Positions 13,169 through 50,979 are shown, counted from the first letter of the stretch. The stretch: DNA of 64,000 nt from Tubiluchus corallicola (GCA_030141605.1 JAQGDQ010000360.1:174954-238953), one strand, 5' to 3'. Translations and numbers: made by a program. The notes: generated from the sequence alone by a model not told the origin.

Positions 13169-15407
13169 CTAGCCAAACCCCACAAAAAGAATTTTGTGCA
13201 CAAATCAACCCACAACCCACACCACACCACTCCACCTCATCACACCACACTGCACCACACCATACCACTCCACCTCATCGCACCACACTGCACCACACAA
13301 TACCACCACACCACACTGCACCACACCATACCACCTACACACCACACCACCCACACCATACCACTCCACCACATCACACCACACCGCACCACACCATACC
13401 ACTGCAGCACACTGCACCACCCACACACCACACCACCCACACCATACGACTCCACCACATTACACCACACTGCACCACACCATACCACCCACACCATAAT
13501 ACTCCACCACATCACACCGCACTGCACCACAACACCCACCCACCCACACGCCACGCCACCCACTCCATACCACACTACCCACACCACACCCCACACACCC
13601 TATCATCCCACCACACCATCCATAGCACAACACACAAAGCACACCACCACCACACCACATCAAATCCACCACCTCACGTGGTGATCATGATGTTGATGAT
13701 GATGATGATGGTGGTGGCAACGATGACGACACCTATAGCACAAGCACCAACAGCACAGCATTACAACAAAACCATTACAAACATTTTTCACAAAGTTGAA
13801 ACTATGTGCTATAATATAATAAATAGCAAAGGCCCCGCAAAAAGAATTTTGTGCACAAATCAACACACAACCCACACCACACCACTCCACCTCATCACAC
13901 CACACTGCACCATACCACTCCACCTCATCGCACCACACAATACCACCACACCACACCACCACACCATACCACCTACACACCACACCACCCACACCATACC
14001 ACTCCACCACATCACACCGCACTGCACCACACCATACCACTGCACAACCCACACACCACATCACACCGCACAGCACCACACCATAACACCACACCACCCA
14101 CCCACCTACACACCACACCACCCACACCATACAACTCCACCACATCACACCACACCGCACCACACCATACCACTGCAGCACACTGCACCACCCACACACC
14201 ACGCCACACCACCCACACCACCCACACCATACGACTCCACCACATCACACCACACTGCACCACACCATACCACTGCACCGCACCACCCACACACCACACT
14301 ACCCACACCATAATACTCCACCACATCACACCGCACTGCACCACAACACTCACCCACACAACACGCCACCCACTCCATACCACACTACCAACACCACACC
14401 CCACACACCCTATCATCCCACCACACCATCCATAGCACAACACACAAAGCACACCACCACCACACCACATCAAATCCACCACCTCACGTGGTGATCATGA
14501 TGTTGATGATGATGATGATGATGGTGGCAACGATGACGACACCTATAGCACAAGCACCAACAGCACAGCATTACAACAAAACCATTACAAACATTTTTCA
14601 CAAAGTTGAAACTATGTGCTATAATATAATAAATAGCAAAAGCCCCGCAAAAGATTTTGCGTATAAATACACGTGTAATCAATAATACACGAACATCCTA
14701 ACTTGTCCTCATTTATAACAGAAAGCCCGTAACATCATGCCTACTGTTTGTTTAACTAACGAAAACCCGTAACAGGCAGCGTTTTGCTGAATTAAAGTTA
14801 TAAGATTACAGCAGAGTACAATGGATGACGTCACAACAATAGCTTTGCGTCAACAGTTTTCTAAGCGAAAATTGCCGAAAATGGAACCTCTAATTAACTC
14901 GTCGGTACTTCTCTCGGTGGACCTGCCCTAAAATACAGCCCACATCATCGTGTAGCCCTGTCCTTCCTCTTTGTAAAGAGCCATATATCTCCTTCCGAGA
15001 GTCCCACCAGGCGCCGCTAGCACGCTTTTTCCGCATGCTGTTTGGTCAAAATTTCCAAAAAAAAATCGCGAGTAGGGTCCGGGAAAACGCCCGTTGCGGG
15101 GCGCCGTGGCCCTCTCGGGAATTCTAAATAGGCCTACTACACCCACCGCTAAACGGGCTATCTACCATACCCAGGACCACCCTCGGCCCATTCCCGTTCT
15201 CTACATCTCAGCCGTATAACTTTTGCAAAAAACGGCCGAAAATGGCCATTTTTGGAGGTTTTTCGCCCCCCGTTCCTCGCGGTGGGTCCCATTCGAAAAA
15301 TAAACCCCCAATGAGACGACACTAGATCGAGACCTTTCGTTTGATATATAGATCGCCACAAATGGTGCCGTCGTGGAAGCTGTAGCCTCGAATCTTATAT
15401 ATTAAGA
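13169..15407 (-). mobile_element. Non-autonomous Helitron carrying a CACAC-rich minisatellite and internally duplicated 3' ends
   Basis: Minus-strand 5' TC (TCTTAATATATAAG at 15407), 3' hairpin (CACAAAA..TTTTGTG) followed by CTAG at 13169-13172, inserted between A and T. About 810-bp internal duplication, with degenerate hairpin/CTAT ends near 13820 and 14630. Confidence 0.75.
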
Positions 15408-16364
15408 TAATATAACATAGTAACGTAATAGAAGTAGTATGTACTTCCATTGTCGAAAACAAAGTGAAACTGTTTTTATTGATTAATGTAAATATGGAAG
15501 AGATTAGACTGGTCCTGAATTTTACTCAAAATTAGAAAAACTTGAACTTTGTCTCCGACTTAAAGATATATATGAATGAGCTGTTATCTGTTATTCTTTC
15601 ATGTTTTACCTGTTATCCGTCATTAAAGTGCAAGAAGCACTCCTCATAAACAACTTAAAAAATTCGTCTTTTCAAACTTGCTTACAAGATAAACGAAATT
15701 ACAGTAAATTGTTTTGAACAACATTAATCACAATACTTTGAATATTACGAAAGTTCATGTAAAGTCAAATTTTATTTTCAAATTTCACAAATTAATTCTA
15801 TGTTATTATTCACTTCGGGTTGTAGACGTTACATTTTTCAAACCATAAAAATACAGTCATTTACGAAGACAAACCATTTACGAAGATTAGAAAAAGAAAG
15901 TAATTACAAATATTTACCAGAATTGACACAAATTAAGAGAACTCCGATGGACAAAAATTCTAGAGCATATAAAAACATCCGTGTGGTAGATTAAATATTC
16001 TGAGAAACCATTACCAGTATTTAAAACATGGCAACTAAGAACATATGTACATTTACCCAAAATGGCTTTAGAAAGGCTAATATCATTTTCTACACAGATT
16101 GCAGAACATCGCGTGCCATATTATAGTTGAAGAATTTTACCATAGCTCTGTAGTGCCCAGGTTTCAGGTTATTAAAGATATACAAGTTATATTTGACAGA
16201 AAAAACGTAATGCTCATTATAGCTTCAAAGATTATAACATTTATTCAGTAGCTTTCACCTTAGCAGACCTCATCAGCCGAATGTAGCCGAATTTCGCGTT
16301 CTTTAATTAATTTTATTCAATTTTATTAAAATAAAAACAGAATGCTTTTATAGTTCTGTTATTG

Positions 16365-17712
<1,348 letters not shown>

Positions 17713-19052
17713 CTGCGTCAAATAAAAAAAACACGGGTTGAGAATTAAGACCATTTAAACTACCATTTTAACAGGCTCTTTGATATCGATTTTATTTGTT
17801 TACTTATTTATTTAATTTAATTTTCATTATGTAATATGTAAATAATAATATGTAAATAAGAATATTTACATATTTATGTAAATGAATATGTAAATAATTA
17901 TTTTAGATTTAAATTGATATAAAAAGTACTACATAAAGTAATACAGTATATAATGAAACTATATACATCAGATATAATACAAAACTGTACAAGAGGAGAA
18001 CCGTGTGCACTGTACAATTGACAAATCACACACTTAAATAAACAACGCATACAGGAACACGTCCCTATAAATACAGAGCTCTTCTTAAGCGAAGTTGATT
18101 AGAAAATATCATAATTTATAACAAACACGCCTACATATATATATATCACAGTGCTGATTGAATACATTAAGTATTAACAAAATTAATTGCTACCTCATAA
18201 TTCAGAATCATGATTTATTGAAATTTTATGCACGGAGTTAGTAAACAAGTTCTTAACTTTCACTTCCCCACATTCGTTTGAAAATATAAACTTAAGAATA
18301 TCACACATGGATGGGAATTCTGGAAACGTATCTGATATTTGATTTAAGAACGCTGTCCTTTCTTGACAACAAACATTGTACACTAAAGTGAAATTCATCT
18401 TCCGTGCTCCCATTCTTACATAAAGTACATTTTCTCATGTCAGCAGGAGTATTAACTCTGGTAGTCTTCAGTCTGTAATGTATGGGCGCTAACGGTTTTT
18501 GACATTTTTTACGTTTATTTGACCTTTGACAGCAGCAGCTGATGAATCAACAATTAGTATAACAATAAAATATAATGAAATACAATAACAGTTTGTGTTA
18601 AATACAATAATTACAAAAAATTACAATAACATATTTACTATTTACATAAAATGTTCAAATAATGGTGGAGAGTTGCGCACATCCACCGCTAGTTGTTTAA
18701 ATGGAGTGTCCTATCTAGTGATTACGTAGTAATATAAGGTTAGCACTCTCTGCGCATGCACATCTATATCTGCAGCAAACAACTGACTAAATATGGGCAG
18801 CGACGTTGACAAGAGTTTCGTAAGAACGCATGACGCTACCCTGCATCACAATGAGTTCCTATTTTATTAATATCCAATGAATGAGCAAAATAGTGCAAAA
18901 CAATGGAAGGTACAAAACGTAAATCGAATTGTCACTTCTCCTTGGAAGAACCACTTTGTTCAAAAGAGAGGAACTAAAAGTGTTGGCGCTACTTCTATGA
19001 ATAAAGCTACTCTCTAGTGAAGAAACTCTAAGAAGGTCTTTAGAGTCACCAA

Positions 19053-21302
19053 ATGGTGCGACTGCGCACCTTTCTGAGCTGGTCCGCCGCTTTGCTCTCA
19101 TTTGTGGGAGCATCATCACCTTTAAATTCCAGCGATATTCCAAAAGGATGCGTACCTTTCAGCTCCGGTGGGTGGCCAATCCGTACACGCAAACTCGTCA
19201 TGAAAGAAAAGGATTTTGCAACGACAAGAAAACATTATCTGGGAATTAAAGACAAAATTAATAAAGTCTTTTGGTTTAACCATAACACAGAAGCGCACAT
19301 ATTTCTTCGCGAAAAGGAAAAGGGGAAAACTGACAATACTTTGTTTTACGAAGGCCATACAAGAAACGTAGGTCCTTATATAGGAATCAGAGATCCATAT
19401 TTTAGTTTTTGGAAGATGCGTGACTACTTTCGTGGAGACAACTTTCGTGCACACTCTCTAGACGAGTATGGTGAAAGATGGCCTAAAGTGAAGGTACAGT
19501 TTAAATGTGTGGCCCATAATAATGGCATGCGTGAAAATCCCAGAAATTATCACTGGGTATATCTTTCCATATATTTAAACCCATTAGATGCTCATGAACC
19601 GAGTATCATAGCAGGTGGCAGTCATTACTTAGGCGAAGACATTCCTGTTGGTTCCAAGGTCATCAATATGTGTGGGGGAGATATTGATGTGTGGGATTAT
19701 GTAATAGGGTTTACATTATGTCTGGGTCAGGAATCCGACATTGCTAATTGCAGTAGCGAAGAATATTTTGCAACTGAACCAGAAGAACAGTTTCGACGAC
19801 CTCATAAGCACTTGACTCATATGAGATGTCAACATGTGTACCTGAAGAAATCGTTGATTGATAAAGTTGGCCAAAATTTCGAAATTCTTGTCAAGCTGAT
19901 ACCTGATAATCCTAGACAGAAAAAATCTACCCGCACGAAAACAATTTATGTAACTGATAAAAACAATCAAGGTCCCGAATTTCGCCACAGAATTTACACA
20001 ACCAGGGCAGACAGTGCAACTGGTTTGGAAGAAGTTGAACCTGCTACGATAAAAGCTGTTGACAAAGACAAGAATAAACATGGGGTTTTCTACACCTTTC
20101 CATTTCCAAAACAAGTTGAAGGCAAATTTCGATTTGAAAAGAACGGGCAAATTTCTGCTGTAAAACAGCTTCCCCTTTCAGCTAACTACTACGCTCTCAT
20201 CCAAGCCACTGAGCACGAAGATGCCACGCACTACGACAGGGCCCTGTTATCTATCAAAGTCCGTAACGCCACAAAAACCGTAATGTTCGACAAAGAAAGT
20301 TACTCGGCAAAACTCTCTGCATACGAACTTGATAATACGCCTACAATGGTACTGTTCATAGAAGCGACCACGACGAATTCAAATATGTCAGTTGATTATA
20401 AATTGAAAACGGGGAGTTATATGTTCGAACTGGTTGTCGTACAAAAAAAAGCAGAAAAAACACTTATTAGACTAGACATGGTAAGAAAAATGGCATATGA
20501 GGACGAATACAGTTTGGTCGTAGGGGCATTTCATCGTGCATCCGAATCGGACCTATATTTAACACAAATAGGTTCGGCTGACATTACTGTTACGATTGTA
20601 AAAGGTATTATGAACAAACCCATGTTCACTAAGACAACTTACAGACTGGACAGCGCAGGAACTGCTGGGTCATATGCAGGACAGGTGAAAGCGTATTTTA
20701 GAGATTTCACTGACGAACAGGTAATGTTTTCGATTCTTACGTATGGCGAAATGTTCAAAATTGATAACAAAGGAAGAATTTCATTGAAGAGTGACGGATT
20801 TGGCACCATAGAAATTGCAGTTGGAGCTTGCAGCAGGGCCGCTTTAGATTTCGCTGACACCAGGTGTGCTTATACTAAAGTAGTAATTGTAATGCCAACT
20901 ATGATGGATCTTAATAAAACTGATTATAGACCTCTTCCCGAAGCCTCGCGTGCACACCAGAGCAAAAAAGCACCTGCCAACTTTGGAATTTGGATGATGG
21001 TGGTGGTTATTGGTTTGATGTGTGTGGTCACTATCGGTCAGCTGTTTCTTCTTCTTCGTCAAGGGAAATGGTTTAACGCTGTTAGCAGCTCTACTCAAAT
21101 GGGTGTGGCAAGCGATGAGGACAGAACAGAGATAACTCGTGTTGAAGAAACTGACACAAGAGATAAAGCAGAAATGGAGACAATTTCTCTCAAACGAGAT
21201 GATGCAATGACAAGAGATGGACCAGAATTTGAGGAAGATAAAGAAGTTACAAATGTGACAGACAATCAATCGGAAATGAATGATGCAATAGAACAGTCAT
21301 GA
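19053..21302 (+). CDS. Intronless divergent cadherin-like type I membrane protein (749 aa)
   Basis: Signal peptide MVRLRTFLSWSAALLSFVGA; cadherin linker-like motifs LDAHEP, VTDKNNQGPEF, AVDKD; TM FGIWMMVVVIGLMCVVTIGQLFLLL; acidic tail; AATAAA at ~21382 and ~21411; clear paralog of 52219..54711. Confidence 0.85.
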   Translation: MVRLRTFLSWSAALLSFVGASSPLNSSDIPKGCVPFSSGGWPIRTRKLVMKEKDFATTRKHYLGIKDKINKVFWFNHNTEAHIFLREKEKGKTDNTLFYEGHTRNVGPYIGIRDPYFSFWKMRDYFRGDNFRAHSLDEYGERWPKVKVQFKCVAHNNGMRENPRNYHWVYLSIYLNPLDAHEPSIIAGGSHYLGEDIPVGSKVINMCGGDIDVWDYVIGFTLCLGQESDIANCSSEEYFATEPEEQFRRPHKHLTHMRCQHVYLKKSLIDKVGQNFEILVKLIPDNPRQKKSTRTKTIYVTDKNNQGPEFRHRIYTTRADSATGLEEVEPATIKAVDKDKNKHGVFYTFPFPKQVEGKFRFEKNGQISAVKQLPLSANYYALIQATEHEDATHYDRALLSIKVRNATKTVMFDKESYSAKLSAYELDNTPTMVLFIEATTTNSNMSVDYKLKTGSYMFELVVVQKKAEKTLIRLDMVRKMAYEDEYSLVVGAFHRASESDLYLTQIGSADITVTIVKGIMNKPMFTKTTYRLDSAGTAGSYAGQVKAYFRDFTDEQVMFSILTYGEMFKIDNKGRISLKSDGFGTIEIAVGACSRAALDFADTRCAYTKVVIVMPTMMDLNKTDYRPLPEASRAHQSKKAPANFGIWMMVVVIGLMCVVTIGQLFLLLRQGKWFNAVSSSTQMGVASDEDRTEITRVEETDTRDKAEMETISLKRDDAMTRDGPEFEEDKEVTNVTDNQSEMNDAIEQS

Positions 21303-21429
21303 CTCAATTAAATTCTATTCAATTCAATTTTTATTTCGGTAACTGAGACTATATACAAATACAAATACAGCCCAAAAATGGAATAAAACAAGCCAATGTT
21401 TTTACAGGCTAATAAAATATTTGTAGTTA

Positions 21430-21600
21430 AAAACAACACAATTTTTTTATAAACTTTATTATGAACTTCCAGTTACTCATAGCTCTGGTAACAATGGTGA
21501 ACTTATTAAAATCGACTTTGTGGCCGGAGGCACAAACATGGTTATTAATTCTGGATTGAGGAGAATTTTCCAATTTTTTGCTAGTTTTAGACGTTTCCAT
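21430..21600 (-). mobile_element. Penelope-like element 3' remnant
   Basis: KKLENSPQSRINNHVCASGHKVDFNKFTIVTRA aligns by eye with the GIY-YIG-containing remnant at 41373-41696. Confidence 0.6.
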
Positions 21601-21869
21601 GTGCGCGTAATGCATGATCTGATCGTCTGATCCCTAATGCGTGACGCGTGATCCGAAATGCGTATACAACAGTTTATATTTAATCGTGAAGAAGTGTTTC
21701 CATGTGTATGTAATGCGTAATCGGTAATGCGTGATGCGTGATCCGCATTCATTCGATCCTATCGTCCGAATGCGCATCACGCAGCACTAAGCAGACGGGA
21801 AACTTCCGTTGCCTAGGTGATTATAGCGACTTTTCAAGTTTTCGGTGACCATTGTCGCTGTTTAGTTTT

Positions 21870-22080
21870 CTGAAAATTCTAGTTAGGTGAGTTTTGGTCA
21901 TTTCAGAACCTGTTAACAATAACGTTTTTTCTATTTGAGTTTTAGAGAGGTGGAAGAAGCATGTAGCTCTGTGTTGCGCATCTAACTGCAGTGTTTTGAC
22001 TAAATGATGATACCTGCCATATTGTTCTCTCCCCTGCAAAATGTTGTTCACCCAAAACATGTGTCTTCTTTTCCATCTAA
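21870..22080 (-). mobile_element. PIF/Harbinger transposase N-terminal remnant
   Basis: RRHMFWVNNILQGREQYGRYHHLVKTLQLD..FFHLSKTQIEKTLLL matches the WV..R..G.YH.L..YFRMS..FE.LL pattern of Harbinger transposases; GCGTGA-type short repeats at 21600-21790. Confidence 0.6.
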
Positions 22081-23318
22081 TAATAATAAATAATAATATT
22101 ATCAATAATAATAATAATAATGATGATGATGATGAAACAAACGCGGCATCGTAATTTTGTTCACAGTACTGTAGAATTTGGTACAAAGGACTATAGAGAT
22201 GAGAAAGACGATTTGTAAAGTCTCCACAAGTTAAACGAAAACTTTGTGTGACACAGATATTTTGACAATGTTTCTTTGCTGTGTATTCTAATAATGTAAT
22301 TAAATTAATCAAACTGCATGTGACATACAAGCCATCCACAGCATTGATGATTGTGTTGCCTCAAATGTGTATAGCCGGGAAAACGAATTTACATTATTAA
22401 CACTGGAAGTTCTTACAAAATAATAAACTGTGCATCGCATATTTTGTATCCATTTTGTACTTTCCTAATTATTAGTATATCATGTTTTTAATTTAGTTTT
22501 TAAATGTACCTGTTAGTTTAAGTATGTAGGCATATGAGAGAAATTTTGCTTTTTGTCTAAATTTATTACATACAAATTTTAATGTAAAGTTCATAATGTA
22601 AATCATAACGCCTAATACACTACAAATAGTTAGTACTGCCATTCTGTCTTATTTATGTTATTCTAAAATAGAGTACAACAAAATGAAGAGGTTTCTGCTA
22701 ACACTTTTGTTGGTAAAAATTGCCATATTATCAAAAATCTAATTTTCTATGAATTATTTCTAGGAAACATTTTAAGATTTCCAAGTGAAGCACTAGAAAG
22801 AATCGCCTAAAAGAAAGCCTTAAGACCATGCTAAAAACCGTCTGGCAAACAAAAAACATTTTGGATTAATAAGATAAATAAAGATGTTCCACAACTTCAG
22901 CCAAATCTATCTTTAGGAGTATAAGAACTTACACTGTTAGCTGCAGATAAAAGTGGGTGGAATACTTTAATAAATGTTGATACCTCAATGCCTACAAAAG
23001 GTAGAATGAGACCTTGAAGAAGAAAAAGAAGAAAACGAATTGAGTAAATTCAAGCAAAGTTTTGACGTTCTTTTAACGTGGTGCATTAATGCGAACTTTG
23101 ACTACATTGACAGCAACAATGACGACAATAACAAACAACAATTTTGGTAGCAGCCATTTTTAACAGTTTACACAGAACGTGGAGAAAACGTAACAGCACA
23201 ACTTGCTTCTTTTACAAAAAAAGTAAAAAGTCAAAATTTAATTTACAAATAATCGTAAATTCACAAATAACATCACATAATCAAATAACACAAACATGAA
23301 CGTTTTCGCTTTTTTCTG

Positions 23319-45451
<22,133 letters not shown>

Positions 45452-46640
45452 ATCTACAGTAGTTTAGCTTTGATACAGTGCAAAACTTTGATATGTAAAG
45501 TTGAAGACATTCTACGTGTCTGGAATAGCGACCATAAACAGTGAAAGCTAATATGGTTGCTGTTCAGGTTACTTGCTTTCATTTTGTCACACTGGGGCAA
45601 ATCACATGGGGTAAACGAACTCAGGTGCGATGACAAATTTTGCCTTGCAGGCTTTTAACGTGTTATCTCTTCTAAGTTGCTACTGATCTTGTTCACTGTC
45701 CCATTGTAAAGAGTGTAGGTAGACTGTATATGTTATTGTAATCACTAACCAATTAACCATTACGTGTTTTGTTAACTACAGAATTAACTACCGTGTAAAT
45801 TATGTATGTTTTATTGCATAAGTTATATTGTACGTATAAAAAATGTGATAATGATAATGATAGTAGAAATAGTAATAGTAGAGTAATAGTAATAGAAATC
45901 TCGCCTAAATTATTTTTAGTTTAATGATTTTCACTTTTGACAGTTTGATTTTGCTTTCATTCTTTGGTTCATTCGATGGATTGAGTTTCTTTAAATTGAA
46001 ATTCTGGTTTTGTAATTAATTTTGTTTCATCTCATTAACAATATTCATCTATTGTTTGCCATTTTCAATTTTAACCCGATTTCAACTGATTATGTTTGAT
46101 ATAACTACAGTTTAGCATTGCTTTCATTCTGTTTCTTGGTTCTTCATTTTAAATTTCGGTTCTGTTGGTTAATTTTAATTTTGTTTCACTGTATCTACTT
46201 ATATTTATTGTTTGCCATTTTCAATTTTAAACTTATTTGAACTCATTATGTTAATTTGTGTCAAGCTACCCTTATTTTTCTATTTGTTTTCAGATTGATA
46301 ATTTATATTTCTTTATCTATGTCTACTTGACAGGTCATTCAATTTTCTCTAATTTTATATGGAGGTGGCTGAATTCGTTACCGTTGGTCTTTTTGCCACC
46401 CCGTCTTTTTTCTTTCTTAATAAATATTTTTGCTTTTGTTTATTGTCATCCTGTAAAATAACCAACGACAAATTATTTACTTACTTAGTTACTTGCTTAA
46501 TGTATGGCACAAAAAATCACAGACACCCAAAAACTTTCTTGTATTGCTATAATTTTATAAAAAACTTTTGATAACACGAAAAAGCCGTTACTAGAATTTT
46601 AGGTGAAATTATTTTTTGTTGTTGTTGTTATTTTTTACAG

Positions 46641-47399
46641 AACACTACGGCTGCAATTGTCCACCAGGACCCTCAGGTCCCCCTGGTCCTAGTGGTGAAA
46701 CTGGTCCATCATGTCCTAGCGGACCTTCTGAACCTCCTGGTTCCAGTGGCCTTTCTGGTGACACTGGACCAAGTGGTCCTTCAGGTCCTCCTGGTCCTTC
46801 TGGGCAACCAGGACCCTCTGTGCCTTCAGGATCTTCTGGCGAACCTGGTCCTTCTGGCCCACCTGGTCCTTCACGTCCTCCTGGTAGTTCTGGGCAACCA
46901 GGACCCTCTGGGCCGTCAGGATCTTCTGGCGAACCTGGTCCTTCTGGCCCACCTGGTCCTTCACGTCCTGCTGGTACTTCTGGGCAACCAGGACCTTCTG
47001 GGCCTTCATGATCTTCTGGCGAACCTGGTCCTTCTGGCCCACCTGGTCCTTCACGTCCTCCTGGTACTTCTGGGCAACCAGGACCCTCTGGGCCTTCAGG
47101 ATCTTCTGGCGAACCTGGTCCTTCTGGCCCACCTGGTCCTTCACGTACTCCTGGTACTTCTGGGCAACCAGGACCCTCTGGGCCTTCTGGACCTGCTGGC
47201 CCCTGTGGTTCTTCAGGTCCATCTGGCCCACCTAGACCTTCTGGTCCACCTGGCCTTTCTGGGCCTTCTGGACCTAAAGGTATGAAAGGAATGAAAGGTC
47301 ATAAAGGTGAACGAGGATGGCCAGGCGCACCAGCGTTCAAATTAAAAGCTGTTTTAAATTGTGAACATTCAATTGGTCCTGGATGTGGTAAACATGTCA
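46641..47399 (+). pseudogene. Collagen-like (Gly-X-Y) internal exon, copy 1, with premature stop
   Basis: Acceptor TTTTTTACAG|AACAC and donor GTCA|[55 protein letters not shown], built from a 90-bp/30-aa unit. GGA>TGA stop at 47009-47011. Confidence 0.8.
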
Positions 47400-47787
47400 G
47401 TAAGTGCGTTATATCCGGACTATCGTTACCAAAATCATAGGATTCATTTTAAGACTAGATAGCTTATCAACCGTACTGCTCAAATCAAGCTGATAATGCA
47501 CGTATTTGATTCCAATTCCGAAATGAAAAGAAATCCCGGGGCTAAGACCCTGTTTACATTTTGCTTATTCATTTACACAAAAGGATCGAAAGAAACATAA
47601 ATATAAATAAGAGCGGAGTGCAGTTTTTGGTCACATGCTATTTGTATAACTCTTGTTGGAGTTTTTAGAAGTGGCACTTGGAATTTGGCAGGCTCCGGAT
47701 CTAAAAGTGTTTTTTCTTGAAAAATTTGCATATTGCTATTTTTACACTAACGAAGAAGCCCTTAGAAGGGTTCAAAATATTAAATAT

Positions 47788-48432
<645 letters not shown>

Positions 48433-48479
48433 GATTATTATTCTCGTAGTTTTGTAAAATTTTAGGACCCATGATTCAA

Positions 48480-49000
48480 ATACAAGTTTAATGACATGGC
48501 ATACGAAATTTGAATTAGTACAATATGTGGTCAAAAATATATGGAGGTGGCAGCAACAACAAAGCTCGGTGATCAATTTACAGCGCGAATGCTCCCCAAA
48601 GTGCTCAACTAATGAATTCTTGAAAACGTTTATTGACAGTGAATGTCTAACTGACGCAGGAAGCTTGTTCCAAATGGGCACACATATCGTGCACAAGCAG
48701 GAATCGTGATAACCTAACATAACCATCACCAACTGAGATTATTTTAGACTTGGTAAAAAGAAATCTCATTCCATTTCAATCAGCCCATGATCAAAATGAG
48801 TCAAGATCGCATTACAGTTTATCTCTGTGTCAGCTATGTTACACAGTTTTAAATCATCTGCGAAATGTCGAATTTGGCACTTGACACATTCAAGTAAATC
48901 GTTTATAAAAACAGCGAAAAGCAAAGGTCCCAGCACCGATCCCGGTGGTACACCTTTCGTTAAAAATTTGTCTTTACGCATGTTTTTGAATAAAATACGT
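48480..49000 (-). mobile_element. CR1-like LINE reverse transcriptase 3' remnant
   Basis: GVPPGSVLGPLLFAVFINDL..FADDLKL and the C-terminal IWNKLPASVRHSLSINVFKNSL. Confidence 0.8.
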
Positions 49001-49142
49001 GTAACTACACCCATGTATCCGTTCATTATAATTAGTTTATCAGTCTTTATATGCATTGTAAATGGAAGTTTATTTCAGTTCATTATTTTATTTATTAGGT
49101 TGACCTGTATTGCGAACACTCGTATCCCATATCGCTAAACAC

Positions 49143-50887
49143 CTATCTACACAACCAACGCCACAAAGCGCTGGGCCAACCCACAGGCTCCTTAGCCTGG
49201 GTATCTACCTTAGATACCACGAGAACTCTTTCTAACTGCGGAGGTTCAATGTTCTCGTCTTCCGACTCTAGGGTGGAGCCTAAACTCGAGGTCTCACGAT
49301 GAGTCGTATCGCTCTCCGTGCATCTCGATTTAGCACTTACTTCCGAGAGCTCACTAGCACTTTCACTTTTACTCTCTAAGTGGTTGCTGTTATTTACATT
49401 ATTACAATTATTCCTTCTAGTCAATTTATTATCATTTACAGTGCCGTCTGTCTCCAACAAATAATCTTGGCTCCAGTCGGGGGAGACGACCCGCTGGGGG
49501 CCTAGTAGTTTCCCTGTTGTGGCCTATGCTTAGGTACCGGTCCTCCTCTCTGGGGTTTTACTCCTACCTGATGCTGGTGATCCTGCCATTCTTCAGGAGC
49601 CTTTCTCCTGGGTTTGGGGTCGCCTTTTCAGGTCTGTGGATACCTCCTGGGAGCACCAGCTGACACACTGGGCCTTCACTCTCGCTTTTCACTTCAGCTT
49701 CTACGTAATCGACTTCCGCCCTTAACTGATGCGCTACATGCCATCTTTTTAATCTCGTGATTTCTTGATTATTCTCATCCTCTCTACATCTGCTATAAGC
49801 TATTTCCAAGGTCTGATCATTTCTTAAAGATTCAATTAATACATCAGTCAAAAATTGCTGTGCTAAGGGCTGATCTATCTCTGAGGGTCTGTAGGCTAAT
49901 CGTGCATGATACCAGTTACGATCTACTAACTGTCGTAAAGACTCATGCTTTTTCTGCCTAAGATTCTTCAACTCTATCATGTACTTAGTGAGTTCGGCTC
50001 TATTTACATACCACTGTTCTAAGTAAGTCACAAATTGACTCCAACTTATACCTGACCAAACCTCACGGTTAGCATCTAGATACTGTGCGCAAGCACCTTC
50101 TACAGTCATGTACGCTAATCTCACACACACACACCACCTGCATTCTGAGAATCGGGTGAAATGCAGAACCCCCTTCGGGTAATACTTTGTATCCACCTCC
50201 TGAACTTTTCACTGCAATCAGTTTCTTGCCCCGTAAATTTCGGTAAGTCAGCCAAAGCACTACAAAGGGCCCATTGGTCCGTCATGGCGCCTATCTGAGT
50301 AGAAAGCCAACTGGCTCTTTCTACCATAGTGGGTACAGCCCCACTTGTTCGGTCTGAGGACCCAGCCTCAGGGTTAGGCGTATCTACGGGGAGGTTGCCG
50401 CTACTCTCAATACTCTATTCGTTATCTCTCATTCTTTTTACAATCACAGCATGTAGGGCCTGAATTTCAGGAGTCTGAACTTCCAGCCACCCAATAGGGA
50501 TGTTTCCGGATCTAATCCAGCCCTCTAGTTGGACTTCCGTAATGTCCTGGAGATCTGACATAATTACTCTCTTTTACAGTAACTTTTCGCAAAACAAAAT
50601 CTAAACAACAATACTACAGGCTGTTAACACCTCGATAATGATAAAACCACTTACCAATTTAGATCGCGGGTTGTAACTTCTTTCACTTTCAGATCCGCCC
50701 CTCTAAATGCTTCAATTTTCTCTTGACACGCCTCTACACTGCTACTGATTCCTTAAGGACTTTTACTTTCCACTTTCGGTATCTGAATAATACAGTGGAC
50801 TCAATATACACAATAACAATTCGCTTTCCAATTAAAACACAATTTGAAAAAGCACAAATTCGCAAAGCACTAAATCCTGGTCGGACG

Positions 50888-50889
<2 letters not shown>
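49143..50889 (-). mobile_element. Ty3/Gypsy gag relic (frameshifted)
   Basis: LPKFTG..FRRW, SWSQFVTYLEQWY and LRQKKHESLRQLVDR (major-homology-region-like); the duplicate at 60363-61242 is joined to a PBS and LTR. Confidence 0.75.
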
Positions 50890-50929
<40 letters not shown>

Positions 50930-50979
50930 AAGAAAGCGAGAGAGAGAGAGAGAGAGAGAGAGAGGGGAGAAGAGAGAAA

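Noticed and set aside
13039-14482. 424-aa His/Thr/Pro-rich ORF and overlapping ORFs, tempting as a metal-binding structural protein
   Set aside because: It starts in a (GAT)n microsatellite, has no signal peptide, is open in several frames on both strands, and lies inside a Helitron minisatellite.
47009-47011. In-frame TGA as selenocysteine or programmed read-through
   Set aside because: It is a single GGA>TGA change at a Gly position, absent from sibling repeats and from copy 2, which has TAA stops elsewhere.
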